Source of the DNA: Felis catus
Lineage: Eukaryota
DNA: 64,000 nucleotides
Direction of reading: 5' to 3'
NCBI RefSeq assembly: GCF_018350175.1
Contig: NC_058368.1
Span: 57,786,001-57,850,000 of the forward strand
Positions 40,461 through 54,369 of this stretch are shown here, piece after piece. Numbering within the stretch: the stretch's first letter is position 1; each line of letters starts with the position of its first letter. The position numbers and the translations under genes are program-made. A model generated the notes under the pieces. It saw only the letters and a program-made list of their open reading frames with translations. It made no database searches and was not told the DNA's origin.

Positions 40461-40669
40461 TTTTTTTTTAATTTTAGGTTATTTGAGAGAGAGCTACAGA
40501 GTGTGAGTGGGAGAGGTTCAGAGAGAGAGAGAGAGAGACAGTATCCAAAGCAGGCTCCAGTCTCTGAGCTGTCAGCACAAAGCCTGACATGGGGCTTGAA
40601 CTCATGAACACTGAGATCAGACCTAAGCTGAAGTCGGACGCTAAACTGACTGAGCCACCCAGGCGCCCC
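40461..40669 (-). mobile_element. CanSINE
   Basis: 18-bp TSD TATTATCTCCATGATTTA at 40443-40460 and 40670-40687. Confidence 0.95.
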
Positions 40670-41797
40670 TATTATCTCCATGATTTAGATGAAAAGTAAA
40701 AAAGCTTAAAACTTGAAATAGTCTTTATTTGTCAAAATATGTCTATAATTAAGTCATTAAGCAATAAATAGCTATAGTTTAAAATGTACAGCGATCCTAC
40801 ATGAGATGCAAGAAAGAGTGAAGTTTATGAAATAATTTGGTGATGCACTTGAGGATAAAGCAATGCTATTTTGTTTTCTTTTAATTCATCTCTTTAATTA
40901 ATGGTGATGATCCACATCTCTTAATTTTTTAATGTAAAGAAAATAATTTTAATATCTCCAAACTACTGCACTTTTTGACTGCAACAGACAATACTCTTTA
41001 TAAAGACAGCCTTTTCAAACAATTCCTACATATACACCATCATATATCCACAATTAATCTTTTTACTTCTACATTGGGATATCTTTTATATATTCTTAAA
41101 TATTTTCAGAGATATATGACAAACATATCCTTATAAGATACTGCATGTGTGAGTATGTAATCTAAGAAAGTGGTGTAGTATTTTTTGACAATGTTATTGC
41201 CACATTTATGTTCACTGCAAATGGGGCCAGAGAAGAGATCAGAAGTAAGGCACACCATTGAGACCACGTTTCAAACTGCCAAGAAATTCCAAAGAACTAA
41301 AGGGTACAAAAATTAACCCTGTTCATCTGGAGGTCATATTTAATATGAAATTGAGGGGCCTTGATTTAGAAGTAGATAATAAGTTGAGTATAATGGTGAG
41401 GGTCAAGGGAGTTATCTCTTTTCCCATTTCCTATTGAGAGATAGTATGCATTATAGTTACTATAATAGTACTATGGAATCACGAGTACAGGATTAAAACC
41501 AACATGGTTTTAAATTCACATCTTTCTAATTATAAACTGGGTGATAATTCTGCTCTAATTTTCATTTTCCTTATCACAAAAATGTCACAATTTTTGTGTA
41601 TTGCAAATCAGATGGTGTATGTGAAACTGCCTGATAGAGAATGCATTAAGTTCACTGTTATTTGTGACAGTTTCCAAAAGTAATACTTTATAGAGGACAG
41701 TAAACTTGCATTGGAATTTGTATCACAAAATGGTTCATCAGAATTTGATACTTTGTACATACTCATTTTATTGGGTAACATATCTGAATATTTACTT

Positions 41798-41824
41798 TAA
41801 TTTTTTCATGTTTATTTATAGTTG

Positions 41825-41856
<32 letters not shown>

Positions 41857-42023
41857 CATGAGCAGGGAAGGGGTAGAGAGAGAGAGATGGAGACAGAATC
41901 TGAAGCAGGCTCCAGGCTCTGAGCTGTCAGCACAGAGCCCAACGTGGGGCTAGAACTCAAACCAGCAAGACATGACCTGAACCAAAGTCAGATGCTCAAC
42001 CAACTGAGCCACCCAGGCACCCC
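41798..42023 (-). mobile_element. CanSINE with (GA)n
   Basis: Reverse SINE body. Confidence 0.93.
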
Positions 42024-42675
42024 AACCTGAATTAATATTTAAATGAAGTTCTAGTATCTCTCCTTAGAGTAAGATTGAGTAGAATTAAGAATAAGGTTCT
42101 AGAATATGTGTACATCCTTGGTTGTAAGCATAAAATATCTCATTTAATTTGCCCAATGTATAAACTAAAAGGTGTTCTTATTCTGATTTCTCCCATGAGG
42201 AAACTGATACCCGGAATGAACCAAGCCAACTTCATACAGACAGTAAATGGTGAGACCAAATTTGAAGACAAGTGAAAAACATGTCTTTCTGACTTCAGCT
42301 ATAAAGTACACACATATGAAACTGAGAAAATGTCCCCAGAATTATTGGGGAAGTACAAAATATAATAAGAATTTTTCTATATCACTGTACCAGAAAATTT
42401 TACTTTCTTTTGCCCCATAAAATTACTTTAAATTTTGCTTCTACCAGTCATCATTCTTATATTGCTTTCAGCTCAGTGATGGCCACATAGTGTCTTCAGG
42501 TCAAAGAAAACTATGTCAGCTACTAATGTTCCCCTAAGCCAGAATACATAGAATCTCATCTATTCTGGTTTATTGTTTTTACTTTTACCAGAGACTTTGC
42601 TCCCTGATCATATGCTTTGTCAGCCTGCTCCTGCTACTAACATCTATCTTTTTAATTATCAACATACTACATGCT

Positions 42676-42727
42676 TTTGCTTTATGTGTTATACACATGT
42701 ATACACACGTATAACACATAAAGCAAA
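42676..42727. repeat. Perfect 19-bp inverted repeat with 14-nt spacer
   Basis: TTTGCTTTATGTGTTATAC pairs with GTATAACACATAAAGCAAA. Confidence 0.93.
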
Positions 42728-42774
42728 CTGATATGATGAACATAAAATGAAAATTAAAATATACTGCTCACTGT

Positions 42775-42925
42775 GGTGCCTTGGTGGCTCAGTTGGTTAA
42801 GTGTCTAACTTCTGCTCAGGTCATGATCTCACAGTTCGTGGGTTTGAGCCCTGCATCAGGCTCTGTGCTGGCAGCTCAGAGCCTGAAACCTGCTTTGGAT
42901 TCTGTGTCTCTCTGCCCCTCCCCTG

Positions 42926-42993
<68 letters not shown>

Positions 42994-43026
42994 AACAAAC
43001 ACTGAAAAATTTTTAAAAAATAAAAT
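42775..43026 (+). mobile_element. CanSINE with long (CT)n
   Basis: TSD AAAATATACTGCT at 42757-42769 and 43027-43039. Confidence 0.94.
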
Positions 43027-43521
43027 AAAATATACTGCTTACTATACCCCATTCAATTTCTCAAAAATAAATGCTTTTATTTTTTGTTTATGGTGATTAC
43101 AACCACTCTCTCCATGGGTATTGCATCTCTTTCCTTCTTGTTAACAATTTAAAATATAGGGATAAGGTATAAGAAGTACTCTGAAGACAACTGTCATCTA
43201 TTTCAAATGGCCATCTTCAATGACAGCCCTAACACCTAGTGTCACAATCCTTCAAACAACACCAAGCTACAAAAGAACAGAAATCCCTCCCCACCACCCT
43301 GTGTGTTTCTCTCCCAACATGCTGGTGATAGAAGGGATTTGGCTTGGTATATAGTTTTGAGGAAAGGTGTTTGAGGAACAAGGAAAGAGACCAAAACCAA
43401 TAGCTCAGAAAACAGTGTTAAGATATACAAGAAAAAAGGAACTAGGAAGACAAAATATTAGAGCACAAAGTAAAATTAATGGCTAGACAAATGATCAGAA
43501 TTCAAGCTCTCTTTAAAGTTA

Positions 43522-44007
43522 CAGGCATACCTCATTTTATTGTGTTTTGCTTTATTGCTCTTCACAGATATTGGTGGTGTATTTTTGTTTTTGTTTTTGT
43601 TTTTTTTTTACAAATTGAAGGTTTGCAGCAACCCTGTGTCAAGCTACTTTTCCGACAGCACTTGCTCACCTCAGCACTTGCTTACTCTATGCCAAAGTGT
43701 AATTTTCACAATATTTCAAACTTTTTCATTATTATTATATTTGTTACGGTGGTCTGTGATCATTTATTACAACTCACTGAAAGTTCAGATGATGGTTAGC
43801 ATTTTTAGAAGTACTTTTTAATTAAGTCATGTACATCGTCTTTTTAGACAGAATTCTATTACATACTTAATAGACAACAGTTTAGTGTGAACATAATTTT
43901 TATATGCACTGGGAAACTGACAACTTTTTTTGATATGCTTTAAGGTGATATTCACTTTATTGCAGTGGTCTGGAAATGAACTCACAGTATCTCCCAAGGT
44001 ATGCCTG
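43522..44007 (+). mobile_element. Internally deleted Tigger1-type (TcMar) DNA transposon
   Basis: TIRs CAGGCATACC...GGTATGCCTG flanked by TA on both sides; no transposase ORF. Confidence 0.92.
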
Positions 44008-44350
44008 TATAGACTAATGTTTATTTATTTATGTATTTATGTATTTACTTATGGTCCCATAAATTAAAAAAAAAACTTTAATGGAGAGCTGTCTAGTCCC
44101 TTTTTTTGTGTTTGCTGATTTGGAACTTCCATGAGAATAAAAAATGGGAAGAAGGCAGGACAGACACAGCTGAGCAGCATGGCTGGTGACAAACTACAAA
44201 GACCCGCCTCAGGTTCTCATTGAATTGAATTTAATGTGGTCATGTTGTTCCTTTTTTTCCCCTCTCAACAGACTATTGAGGTTATGAAGGCAAGTAGATA
44301 AGCAAAACAGATAGATACTACCAGCAGCTTTCCATGTTCCATAAGTTTCT

Positions 44351-44576
44351 TTTTTTTTTTAATTTTTTTTTCAACGTTAATTTTTATTTTTGGGACAGAG
44401 AGAGACAGAGCATGAACGGGGGAGGGGCAGAGAGAGAGGGAGACACAGAATTGGAAACAGGCTCCAGGCTCTGAGCCATCAGCCCAGAGCCCGACGCGGG
44501 GCTCGAACTCACGGACCGCGAGATCGTGACCTGGCTGAAGTGGGACGCTCAACCGACTGCGCCACCCAGGCGCCCC
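44351..44576 (-). mobile_element. Young SINEC_Fc-type SINE
   Basis: 17-bp TSD ATGTTCCATAAGTTTCT at 44334-44350 and 44579-44595. Confidence 0.97.
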
Positions 44577-47475
44577 GTATGTTCCATAAGTTTCTAAAAT
44601 ATGCTGTATGCTGATGACTGCTGTCTCCTGTTCTCTTCTCTATGGTAGGCTTACTCTGTTTTGTTTTCTGCCCTTCTAGCTTGCTCACACATGAGATGTG
44701 GAGAGCAAAAGAAGAAACAGTACACAGGTGGTCTACAATCTTGATGAGAGAGCCTGATTTCTGATTATTCTGTTTTAATCACCCATCTTGCTTATTCTCT
44801 AATTTTTTTTCTCGTGTCTTTAAATTGTTTATAGACTAGTTGCTGAAATATTAGCATTAATGTTTAGCTGGTATAACATGATAATTATTTGCCACTATTT
44901 ACATGACTTTTTTTTTTATTGTTTTTTTGATTGCTTTGCTGATTTTTGTAACTCCACGTCTGTCTTAATTCCAACTTCTCAATTCTCTCATGGTCCAAAT
45001 TTTTTAGTATCTTAGATTTCCATCAAGAATTTCTTTGTTTATTCTGATGACATAGCTTGCTGTCAAAACTGTGCTAATGATCAAAATCCAAGGGCTGACA
45101 AACCACAAAACCAAAAAATGAAACATTAATGTGAGTTGAATACAATTTAATTATATCCCCATAATGGTGAAAAATGATTTAACATGATTTACATTTAAAA
45201 GATTCTCCTATTATGGAAATATGTTGAATTAATATATAGACTTAATAAGTTTCCAGTAACTGGGGAGTTTATGAACTGCCTGGTCACATGATAAACTGTA
45301 AAGCAAAGTCATTCAGTAATTGAAGAAAGTTATTACAAAGCACAACATGCATGAATCACTTTCTTACAATGAGCTTTGGAATGCAGCCTGTAGTTAAAGC
45401 TGCACTAAAACTTACTTTTAAAATCATAAATTGCAGTTACATTAATATACCACTCCTTAAACCATTTATCAGTGACCTGATCAGGATAATAGGTCATTTT
45501 CTGGGAACTAATATTAAATTGTTCATTGAACATATTAGAAACTTTATTGGATTAAATGAAGTAATACCATTTCACCCCTTAATATATTTACAATTAAAGT
45601 GAAATATTCAAAATGTAACACATAATTTAATAAATATTTATTTTGAACCCACCCATGTGCCACTCTTCTAGGTACACTGTGATAGAATGAAGGATAAAAT
45701 ATTGCCTTGTCCTCCAGGAAAAGGACTTACAGTCTTGCAGAAGATAAACACACATAAGTGACTACAATGTAATGGGCCATGATAAATAGTGCAATAGATT
45801 CCAGTATAAGAAATGATGTTTGTTTGTTTGTTTTTCACTAAAACACAGAGCAAGCAAGGGAGGAAAATTTATTTCAGTTTGACAGGAGACCCAAATTGTG
45901 CCCAGGAACAAAAGAAACTGCAGACTTGGATTCCAGAAATGCAACTCAGGGAATATTTAAGAAACAAGGAATAGTTAGCATTCTGCTGAATATAAGTAAC
46001 TGAAAGTTAGTTGAGTTAGTCTCAGTTTAAAGAGAAATTCATTGTAACACACTGGGGCCTTTTGTAGAACTCAACAATAGGAATCCTACTAGATCTCAGA
46101 AAAAAGTTGAAGTCAGGAATTCATACATCAACAGGTCTCTCATTCCCTCTATGGCCTCTGCTTGTCTTTCTGAGAATGTTCATTAATTTCCTTTTGTTTT
46201 CAACACATAGAATCTCTTTTCTGTTTCACCTGGCCAAACCTGGATATTGACAATTTCTTGTTTTTGTATGTAAGGGTTTCAGCTACCGTAAGAAATACTG
46301 GACTTATTCTCTAGTTTATTTTCCAACATTTCCAGGAAGGGACTGATTGGCACAATTTGGCTATCTCATGAACTAGAGAGGGGCTGTAGATCTTGCTCCA
46401 TTGCTAACACATAAACAGCCATAACCAAGCAGGTAAAAAGAAGAGGGGCACTTTCTAGAATTGGATGCTTGAGGCAATCCTGTGTCACCAGAAGATGGAT
46501 AAATCAAGAGAATAATTTTGGAAATGGTAAGCTCTGATTTATAATTAGGTGATTTATCAAGAGTCTGTCTGGACTTTGAATAAGATGGAATAACCCTCCC
46601 ATTTAACAGGAGGGAAGACTAAGATAATAATTTCAGAGAAAGGTTGACTTTGAGATTTAGAGATAAGAATTTGAGATGGTTTTCCCCAATACTTTTATTT
46701 TCTCAAGCAATCTGAGATGAAGACTTTAGCTGAGAGGAAAGAGGAATAGCAGTTGGATATTGAGGAAAGAGCTAAGGGTATAAAACAGTTTCAAGAGTGG
46801 AAAATGATTATACTAGAGAGATATATTAGATTTCTAGGCAGCATCAAGTTCCCATTTGAGGTCTGTGGTCATGAATTTTAAGTGAAACCAGTAAGGAACA
46901 AAATCAAACTTTGCCTTGGGTTTGAATCTGCTCTGCCAGAGTATTTTATTATTTTTTTATGCATCCATAGCAAAGCATGAGGCAAAACAGCCTCTGCCCA
47001 GATGAGAACCTACATAAATAAATCTGATGAGTTAATTTACAGAATAAGTGAGCAAACTCCCATATTAAATATTTTAAATTAAACAAATATATGTAACTTC
47101 TGATAACATATAAAGTTTACTAATTTAATGGTCACCACAACCTCATGGTTAAAGGTTATAGTCAGAGAATACTGAAAATGGATTCTATACTTAAAATTCT
47201 ATTTTGAAAAATCTGAATTACAGACATTAATTTCTTTGAGTTAAATATGGAAATATAAGTTAAAATTCCATTAGATGAGGAGCCTTGAGAGGAATATAAT
47301 CTTGTCAGCATAATTATCCTGGTGCTATTATGAAATTGTTCTTCTCAGTTAAGGATGAAAGTTAAGGATGAAAAGGTTAGAAAATGTTTACATTTCAATA
47401 ATACTATAAATAAAGTGATTGTCAGGGTAGCCTAAAGTCTTTTTCAAGTTAAATGTGTACTTGGTTTTTTGGGTT

Positions 47476-48068
47476 GTGCAAATGTCAACCTGGTTAACAT
47501 GGAAACTAAGTTTCTCAGATTATCTCTCCATCTATGATTTTAAGTTACAAGTGGCTAAAAGAAGACCTTACCTGAGATTTGGAGGGCAAAGCTGAAGCAT
47601 TGTCAATTATCCTACAAAGGTCATTATGTTCAGATAGATGACAGACACAGACATGACCCCAGTCATTCTTTGTTCTGCATTTAGCTTGTCTTCCCAACTT
47701 ATGATCCAGTTGACCAACGGTGGCCTTATGTCACCCCAACTGCTTGTTTGTGGAGCTATCGAGGTGTTTGCTACACAGAGTCCCTATTCTTGAACCTTTC
47801 TTTCATGATTTTCCTCAGGAAGATGGACATTTTTGTTGTTCTTCTTGTTTGTTTTGGTTTCTTACTTCTGAAAACTTCCATGTTTTCACCTGTCAGTCTC
47901 TAAAGTAGAATCTTCAGTGGCTCTGAGTATAATCTTGTGATTTCCACTCCAGACATTCATTTTCTCAGCACTCCCCATTTTTGTGTAAGGTTTAATTCCT
48001 GTATTAAATCCCTTTATCTTGAAGTACTCATCATGACTCTGTTTTTTTCACTAAGCCAGAAAAATACA
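47476..48068 (+). mobile_element. Old ERVL LTR (LTR41/LTR52-like)
   Basis: CTGAGATTTGGAGGGCAAAG and TTGTGTAAGGTTTAATTCCTGTATTAAATCCC...AATACA resemble recalled consensus. Confidence 0.55.
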
Positions 48069-48454
48069 CTATTACTGATTATAGCATTTCTCTAATATTC
48101 AAATTATATTTTCCATGTTACACACTAATGATGATTTTAAATATTTACATGGGCCAAAAATTGTTTATGAAAGAAGTTACCTTTTTCAGTTGGGGTCAAT
48201 ACCCCTCAGTGGAAGACAAAGTGTTGTGTTTGGATGCAGCAGCTTACAACTGGTTAAGGTTTAGATTTGATTTACAGATAAAGATACAAAAAATAATTTT
48301 TCTGAGACTGTTTCAAATCAGGCAGATACAAAATTTATGGTCATCAATATGTAGAATGCATTTATTTATTTGTATTTCAGATTATGTTATCAGTTTTAAA
48401 TGTTCCAAGAGGATGCAAACACCTGTTTCTGGGATCAATGTTCTTTGAAATGTT

Positions 48455-49490
48455 AAATGCTCAACATCACTCATAATCTGGAAAATACAAATCAAAAGTT
48501 GGATGAGGTATCACCTCACACCTGTCAAATGCCTAAAATTAACAACACAGGAAACAACAGATGTTGGCGAGGATGTAGAAAAAGAGAAACTCTCTTATAC
48601 TGTTGGTGGGAATGCAAACAGGTGCAGCCACTGTGGAAAACAGTATGGAGGTTCCTCCAAATATTAAAAATAGGGGCAACTGGTGGCTCAGTTGGTTACG
48701 TGTCCAGCTCTTGATTTCGGCTCAAATTATGATCTCAGGGTTGTGGGATGGAGCCCCCTATAGGGCTCTGCACTAGGCAAGGAGACTGCTTAAAAGTCTC
48801 TCTCTCCCTCTGCCCCTCCCCCACTCCTCTCTCTCTCTCTCTCTCTCAGAAAAAAAAAAAAATCAAAAATAGAATTACCCAATGACCCAGCAATTACACT
48901 ACTTGATATTCACCCAAAGGATACAAAAAATACTGACTTGAAGGGGCATATGTACCCCAATGTTTATAGTAGTGTTATGAAAAATAAGCAAATTATGGGA
49001 AGAACCTAAATATCTATTGACTGATGAATGGATAAAGAAGATGTGGTGTATATATAAAAATGGAATATTACTTAGCCATCAAAGTGAATGAAATGTTGCC
49101 ATTTGCAACTATGTGGATGGAACTAGAGTGTATTATCCTAAGCAAAATAAGTCAGAGAAAGATTAATATCATATGGTTTCACTCATATGTGGAATTTAAG
49201 AAACAAAACAGAGAGAATGAAGAAAAAAGAGAGAGAGAGAGTCAAACCTTAACAGACTGTTAACTGGGGGAGAGAACAAACTGGGGTAGATGGAAGGAAG
49301 GTAGGTGGGAGATGGGCTAAATGGGTAGTCGGCATTAAGGAGGGCACTTGTATTGGGCACTGGGTATTACATGAACGTGATGAATCACTAAATTCTACTC
49401 CTTGAAATTCATATCATACCATCTGTTAACTAACTAGAATTTAAATAAAAACTTGAAATGAGGAAAAAATAAAAATAAAATAATAAAAAT
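48455..49490 (+). mobile_element. 5'-truncated carnivore L1 interrupted by a SINE
   Basis: CWRGC...CWWEC ORF2 remnant, 3'UTR, AATAAA and A-rich tail; short TSD-like AAATGTT. Confidence 0.93.
48673..48862 (+). mobile_element. CanSINE (SINEC_b-like) within L1
   Basis: TSD AAAAATAG at 48666-48673 and 48865-48872. Confidence 0.92.
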
Positions 49491-52369
49491 AAATGTTCAG
49501 TTAGACACAAGTCAGTGGACATTAGAAAACTGCCTCTTAAATGTTTCCTAAAGTCATTTAAAAGTGTTTCAAGGGCCAAAAATAAACTGACCCAAAAAAT
49601 GGCCACAGATTGAATTACTGTGTCTTATCTTTGGGGTTCTGGTTATATCCCTATCCTTTCTACCATCATTTGACTTATTTCTGTATTTTCCATTGCATAG
49701 GTTTTAAACAATGGTTGTAGGTAACTGGGAACCAGATGGAGATCAAACACAGTGAGATAGCTGATGTTATCAATGAACACATAATGAGTACATTGAAGTT
49801 AAACAGCAAGTACTTCTCACATTTCTTTCCTTTGGAATTGGTTAGCAATGTTCATTTTTTTACAAAAGAGGTTTTAATATGTTAGGCCAAAAGAAGCTAT
49901 GGAAAATAAATATATACATACATAAATACATACTGAATGCAATGGATTCTTAAGAGGCAAATCTGAGTTGCATGAAATATAAAATAAGATCAAATATCTA
50001 CCTGGGTAGGGTAGTTCTAGGGAATATATTTTCTTAAACTGTTAGTGAGTTAGGAAAGGGAGCTTGACCTCATAAAGTAGAGAGATTTCAGAAAGTTAAT
50101 GAGGATGTCTTTCTCAGGTGAATCTAGGGTATACAAAATTATTGGTGGAAGCCTAAAATCTGCAGACAGAATTCAATAATCTACATAATTAGGTAACCAT
50201 AATATGATGACCCAGGAAGTTATTTTATGATATGATGAGTCACTCAGGTGGTTACTTTAAACTTGGACATATTTAAGAGTATGTATGGAAATATTTTTTA
50301 AATCATTTAAGTAACATTGGATGTTAGAGAGCTAATTTGAATGGGCAAACAATAGTGCCCATGAAATAGAAGGAAGATACTAAAGAAACCCAATGAATCA
50401 ATCAATCAATCAATAATAAAAATAAGTCAATCAAAAAAAAAAAAAGTATGGCCCCAATAGATGGAATCCAGACCTCAGTTTGATGCTAGACATAATGGGA
50501 AGATCTGTATTGGGTGGCTTTTCTTACACTTGGAGGCAAAACTGAACAATATTTGCTTGAACCATGGATATTTTTTGTAGACCCATAATTTATTTACTTA
50601 CTATGAATATATATGTTGCATAACCTTAACAAATGTGTTAGGAAAACAAGTATCTGACCTTTAAATCAAAAAGGAAGGAAACAGACTAAGGGCACTCTGT
50701 GCTTAAAGAAGAAACATAGAAAAATAAGCAAAGAAAACATTAAAACAACGGGACTATTTAATGAAATGAGGGCCTCAATGGAGGAAACAGACCCCAACTG
50801 CCTACCTCATTGCTGTAGTGTGAATGGTGCCAATTTAGATGTGGTAATGAAAAGTGTTCAAAATGTTCAATGTTAGTAAATTAGTAAATTTCAGGGAGTA
50901 GGCATGTTCATTAGGTGGCAGTAACTATAAGCTACATGGGGAAGCATGAGAAGTCCCTGGAAGTAATTTGTTTTTAAATGCTTTAGATTTTTAGGAATAA
51001 AAAGAAAATCAGAGATAGACATTGGGAATATCTGATCTTCCCAATCATGTTAAATTCTTTTTCAAATTGATAATAACAGCTTGGAATAAAGATGATCAAA
51101 TTTTTTAATTCATTCATAGTACTTATATTATTTATCATTTGCCTTTAGTCTCCCCTACCCCTTCCCATTTACATTATAGGCACCTGATGTTGTTATTGCA
51201 AACAATTTCAAAAAAATTTTTGGATAGGTGGGTGAATTAATACTGCCTTTATAAGACAACATGGAAATCAGTGTGAACTGCCGGGGGCCTGAAAAAAAGA
51301 GTGAAAAGAGAATTTCAGAGTGTTTTCCCTTAAAGGGTAACATTTTAGCCAAATAATTTATCAGATCTGTATTTATAATTTATTTTAACCATATTACTTG
51401 AGTTTTGTAAGGTAAAATATTGGATATTTTATAAATTATGGTATGGGTACATTTTGCAATATTCCACCAACATGTAACAGAAACATCAATTCCTATTTTT
51501 ATTCTTTGATATCATTGGTTCACTATAGAGTATCCCCCCAACATTGCTAGGAAATGAGATTCCTGTGTGTGCATTACTATAGTAATAATGCTGTTCATTG
51601 AAGCCAATTTACCAGGATGTGTTTCAAATCCATGAAAAAATTACATTATGCTAAATCTTGTTATGTTTATCATCTTTCACTCAACATTGTTTCTGAAATT
51701 TATGAGTTTTTATATCCACACATTTGTTGTATTTATTTTCATTTCTGCATGGTAATATATTATATACAGATAGTAGCCTTCACCTATGATGACCATTTTC
51801 ATATAGACGGAATTTGTCACCAATGATTCTCTAATACTTAAAAATGTGAAATATAAGTTACAGCTCTATTCAATGAGTAGACTTCAGAGATACATAATCT
51901 TATAATGACATAGTGATTCTGGTGCTATTATAAAATTTTTCTTTTCATTAAGTTATTTTCTTCAAAGGAGATAAACGGGTACTAGGGCGCATGTTATCAA
52001 GGTCCAGACCTGGAATACCCCATTCAGATGGCACTGCCAGCCTCAGCTGTCCCAGCATCAAAGTAGGACTTGGAAGTTTCTGAGGAAAGCATTCTGAAAC
52101 CTGAGTCTCTAGAGGCATAGGACTTGGGCAGGAAGCCCTCTTCTCAGGGTGTAAGCGCAATTCTGCTCAGGAGTACCTCCTTTGACATCTATTACTACTG
52201 CATACTCCTTTAACAGAGTCTCTTTATGATTCTTATTTATAACACTTTTCTCAGTTGCAGTTTTATATTTTTTCTATAATTATTAAATTAAGAGCTTTCT
52301 GTGCTAATAGACCATTAAGTTTTATGATGATCAATGTGTGTTTTGTTTTATGTCTTTATCATATAACTT

Positions 52370-52700
52370 TGACTAAGCTGTCTTGCAGAAAAAAGTAAAC
52401 TAAGTTCTCATTAGCTTACAAGAACAAAAGTTGATTTCTCAATCATGTTAATGTCCCTTGCAGGACAGTTTTGGCTTTGTGGCAAGTCTTTTTCATTGCT
52501 GAACCCAAGCTAAAAAAAGAAGCCTTTGTCTGTGATTATCCAGACTCATGACAATTGGGAAAATGGAAATTCAGAATTCATGATGACTCTCAAAGCCCTT
52601 GCTTAAAGTGCCACATTCACATACATGGAGTCAATGGAAAGTATCGTCCTCACACAAGGACAGGCCTGGTACAGAGTACAAGCAAATATTTCATGATTCC
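52370..52700 (-). mobile_element. MLT1-like MaLR LTR fragment
   Basis: TCTCATTAGCTTACAAGAACAAAAGTTGATTTCTCAATCATG similarity; ends approximate. Confidence 0.5.
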
Positions 52701-52889
52701 ATCCAACAGAATCTTTCTTCTTGTTCAAGGACCCATTCAGTCACGATATCAGACTCAAAGTTCAGAATATTGTAATGGTCCCTACATAAGATCTGAATAC
52801 CGTGGTGGTTCTCTTCCTCCTCCTTTTTTTTTATTTTACTAAAATTTGCACTGAGAGCCAATTAATATGGCTTTTCTTGATCCAGAATG

Positions 52890-53050
52890 CACACACACAC
52901 TCACACACACACACACACACACAAATGTCCAGTTACTATTTCTCATCCCCTTCTCTAAGCCCTGAATCCATAGAGAGAGAGAGAGAGAGAGAGAGAGATA
53001 ATATATAGATATAGATAGATGATATAGATATATAGATATACAGATATATC
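52890..53050. repeat. Compound microsatellites (CA)n, (GA)n, (TAGATA)n
   Basis: Read directly from sequence. Confidence 0.95.
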
Positions 53051-54369
53051 AAGTGTATTAAGCATTAAATAGTAAAATGGGGATAAGACAGCCATAATAA
53101 ATACTAGGATTCAGAATGTCAAATAGTAGTTACTCTTCCTTAGCATCCTTAATTTTTCTTAGCAGAAGTTGCAAAGGGAGCCTCCACTGAAGGTTGAGAA
53201 TGTTTCTTGATTAGGTCCCAGTTTGTGACCGTAGGCCATTTTACACTTCATTGTTCTCCATGGCCTTGGCTCCACCATTCTTTTTTATTGTGTGTGTTCT
53301 GTTTCTTTCGCCATCACATAAACTTAGCCCCCAGCAGGGTGTTTGGCTTGTAGTCACTGCACAATAAATGCATATTAAGAAAACATTTCACCAAAAAAGT
53401 GAGGGTCAAAAAAGGGGGGGTGGGCAAAGAAGTGCTATATAATGTAGAACAGATTTATAAGCATTGTAGAAACTCAAATAATGAGCAGCTCAAATAATCA
53501 ATTAATATTGTTATTTCAGTGAAACCTGGAAGGTAAGATATGATATGGTAAGAGGGTGGCATTTCCAGAGAATGGTAAAGATGAGTAAAGTCATGAATGA
53601 ACACAGTATGTATGACAGAAGCTTGATGAGGATTTTTAGGGAAAACAATGTACATTTTTGTAACATTTTGTAACATTTTGCACATTTCTGTAACATAAGT
53701 ATAGTTTGTAATAGTTGATATAAACTTTTAAATTATAAATCAAAGACTATATTTAAAATATTTCTAAGAAGTCAATTGAAATATTCTTTATATAATGAAT
53801 ATGATTTTTGATGGAAGATAACTGAAATTAAGGTTGCTCCTGTTTCCCTTAGAACCTTGTTCGCATATCGAAAACACAGAAGGATCTTATTAAAAATGAC
53901 ACTGACAACAATAAATTTACAAAATGTTCTGGCTCTACCCTCCTCACTAAGATTTATGATCATGTACTTAAAGTGTCTACCCAAAGCATTGAAATGATTA
54001 AAGTTTCCAAGATCACAAAATAATGCCACTGAAAGCTTAAAGGAATGAGAAAAGAAGTCTAGGAGGGAAATAATGGAATTTCATTTTCTGACTACATTGA
54101 CCCTCTTGATTTCTGCTCAATTTTTCTTTAGCATTTCTGATATTTTTGTCTACATACCTAAATCAAACATCTGTCTATAAACTAAATTCATTCCCACACG
54201 AGGGGAAAAAAACTGTTGAAATTACCATATGCTGGTTTGTACATAAGCTTTTAAACTTAAATCTTGATGCCTCTCTTGTGAACAGTAATTAAGGAGACAT
54301 GATGAAGCAGCTTCGAGTACTTAACTGAATTATTTGTATGTTCCCATGTCTGCTCATGTATTTCCTCTA

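Noticed and set aside
11322..53700. Scattered short tandem duplications (e.g. ~11322, ~29232, ~30523, ~35105, ~47349, ~53650) as a CRISPR-like or ordered array
   Set aside because: Unrelated units with no unique spacers; ordinary slippage duplications in a eukaryotic genome
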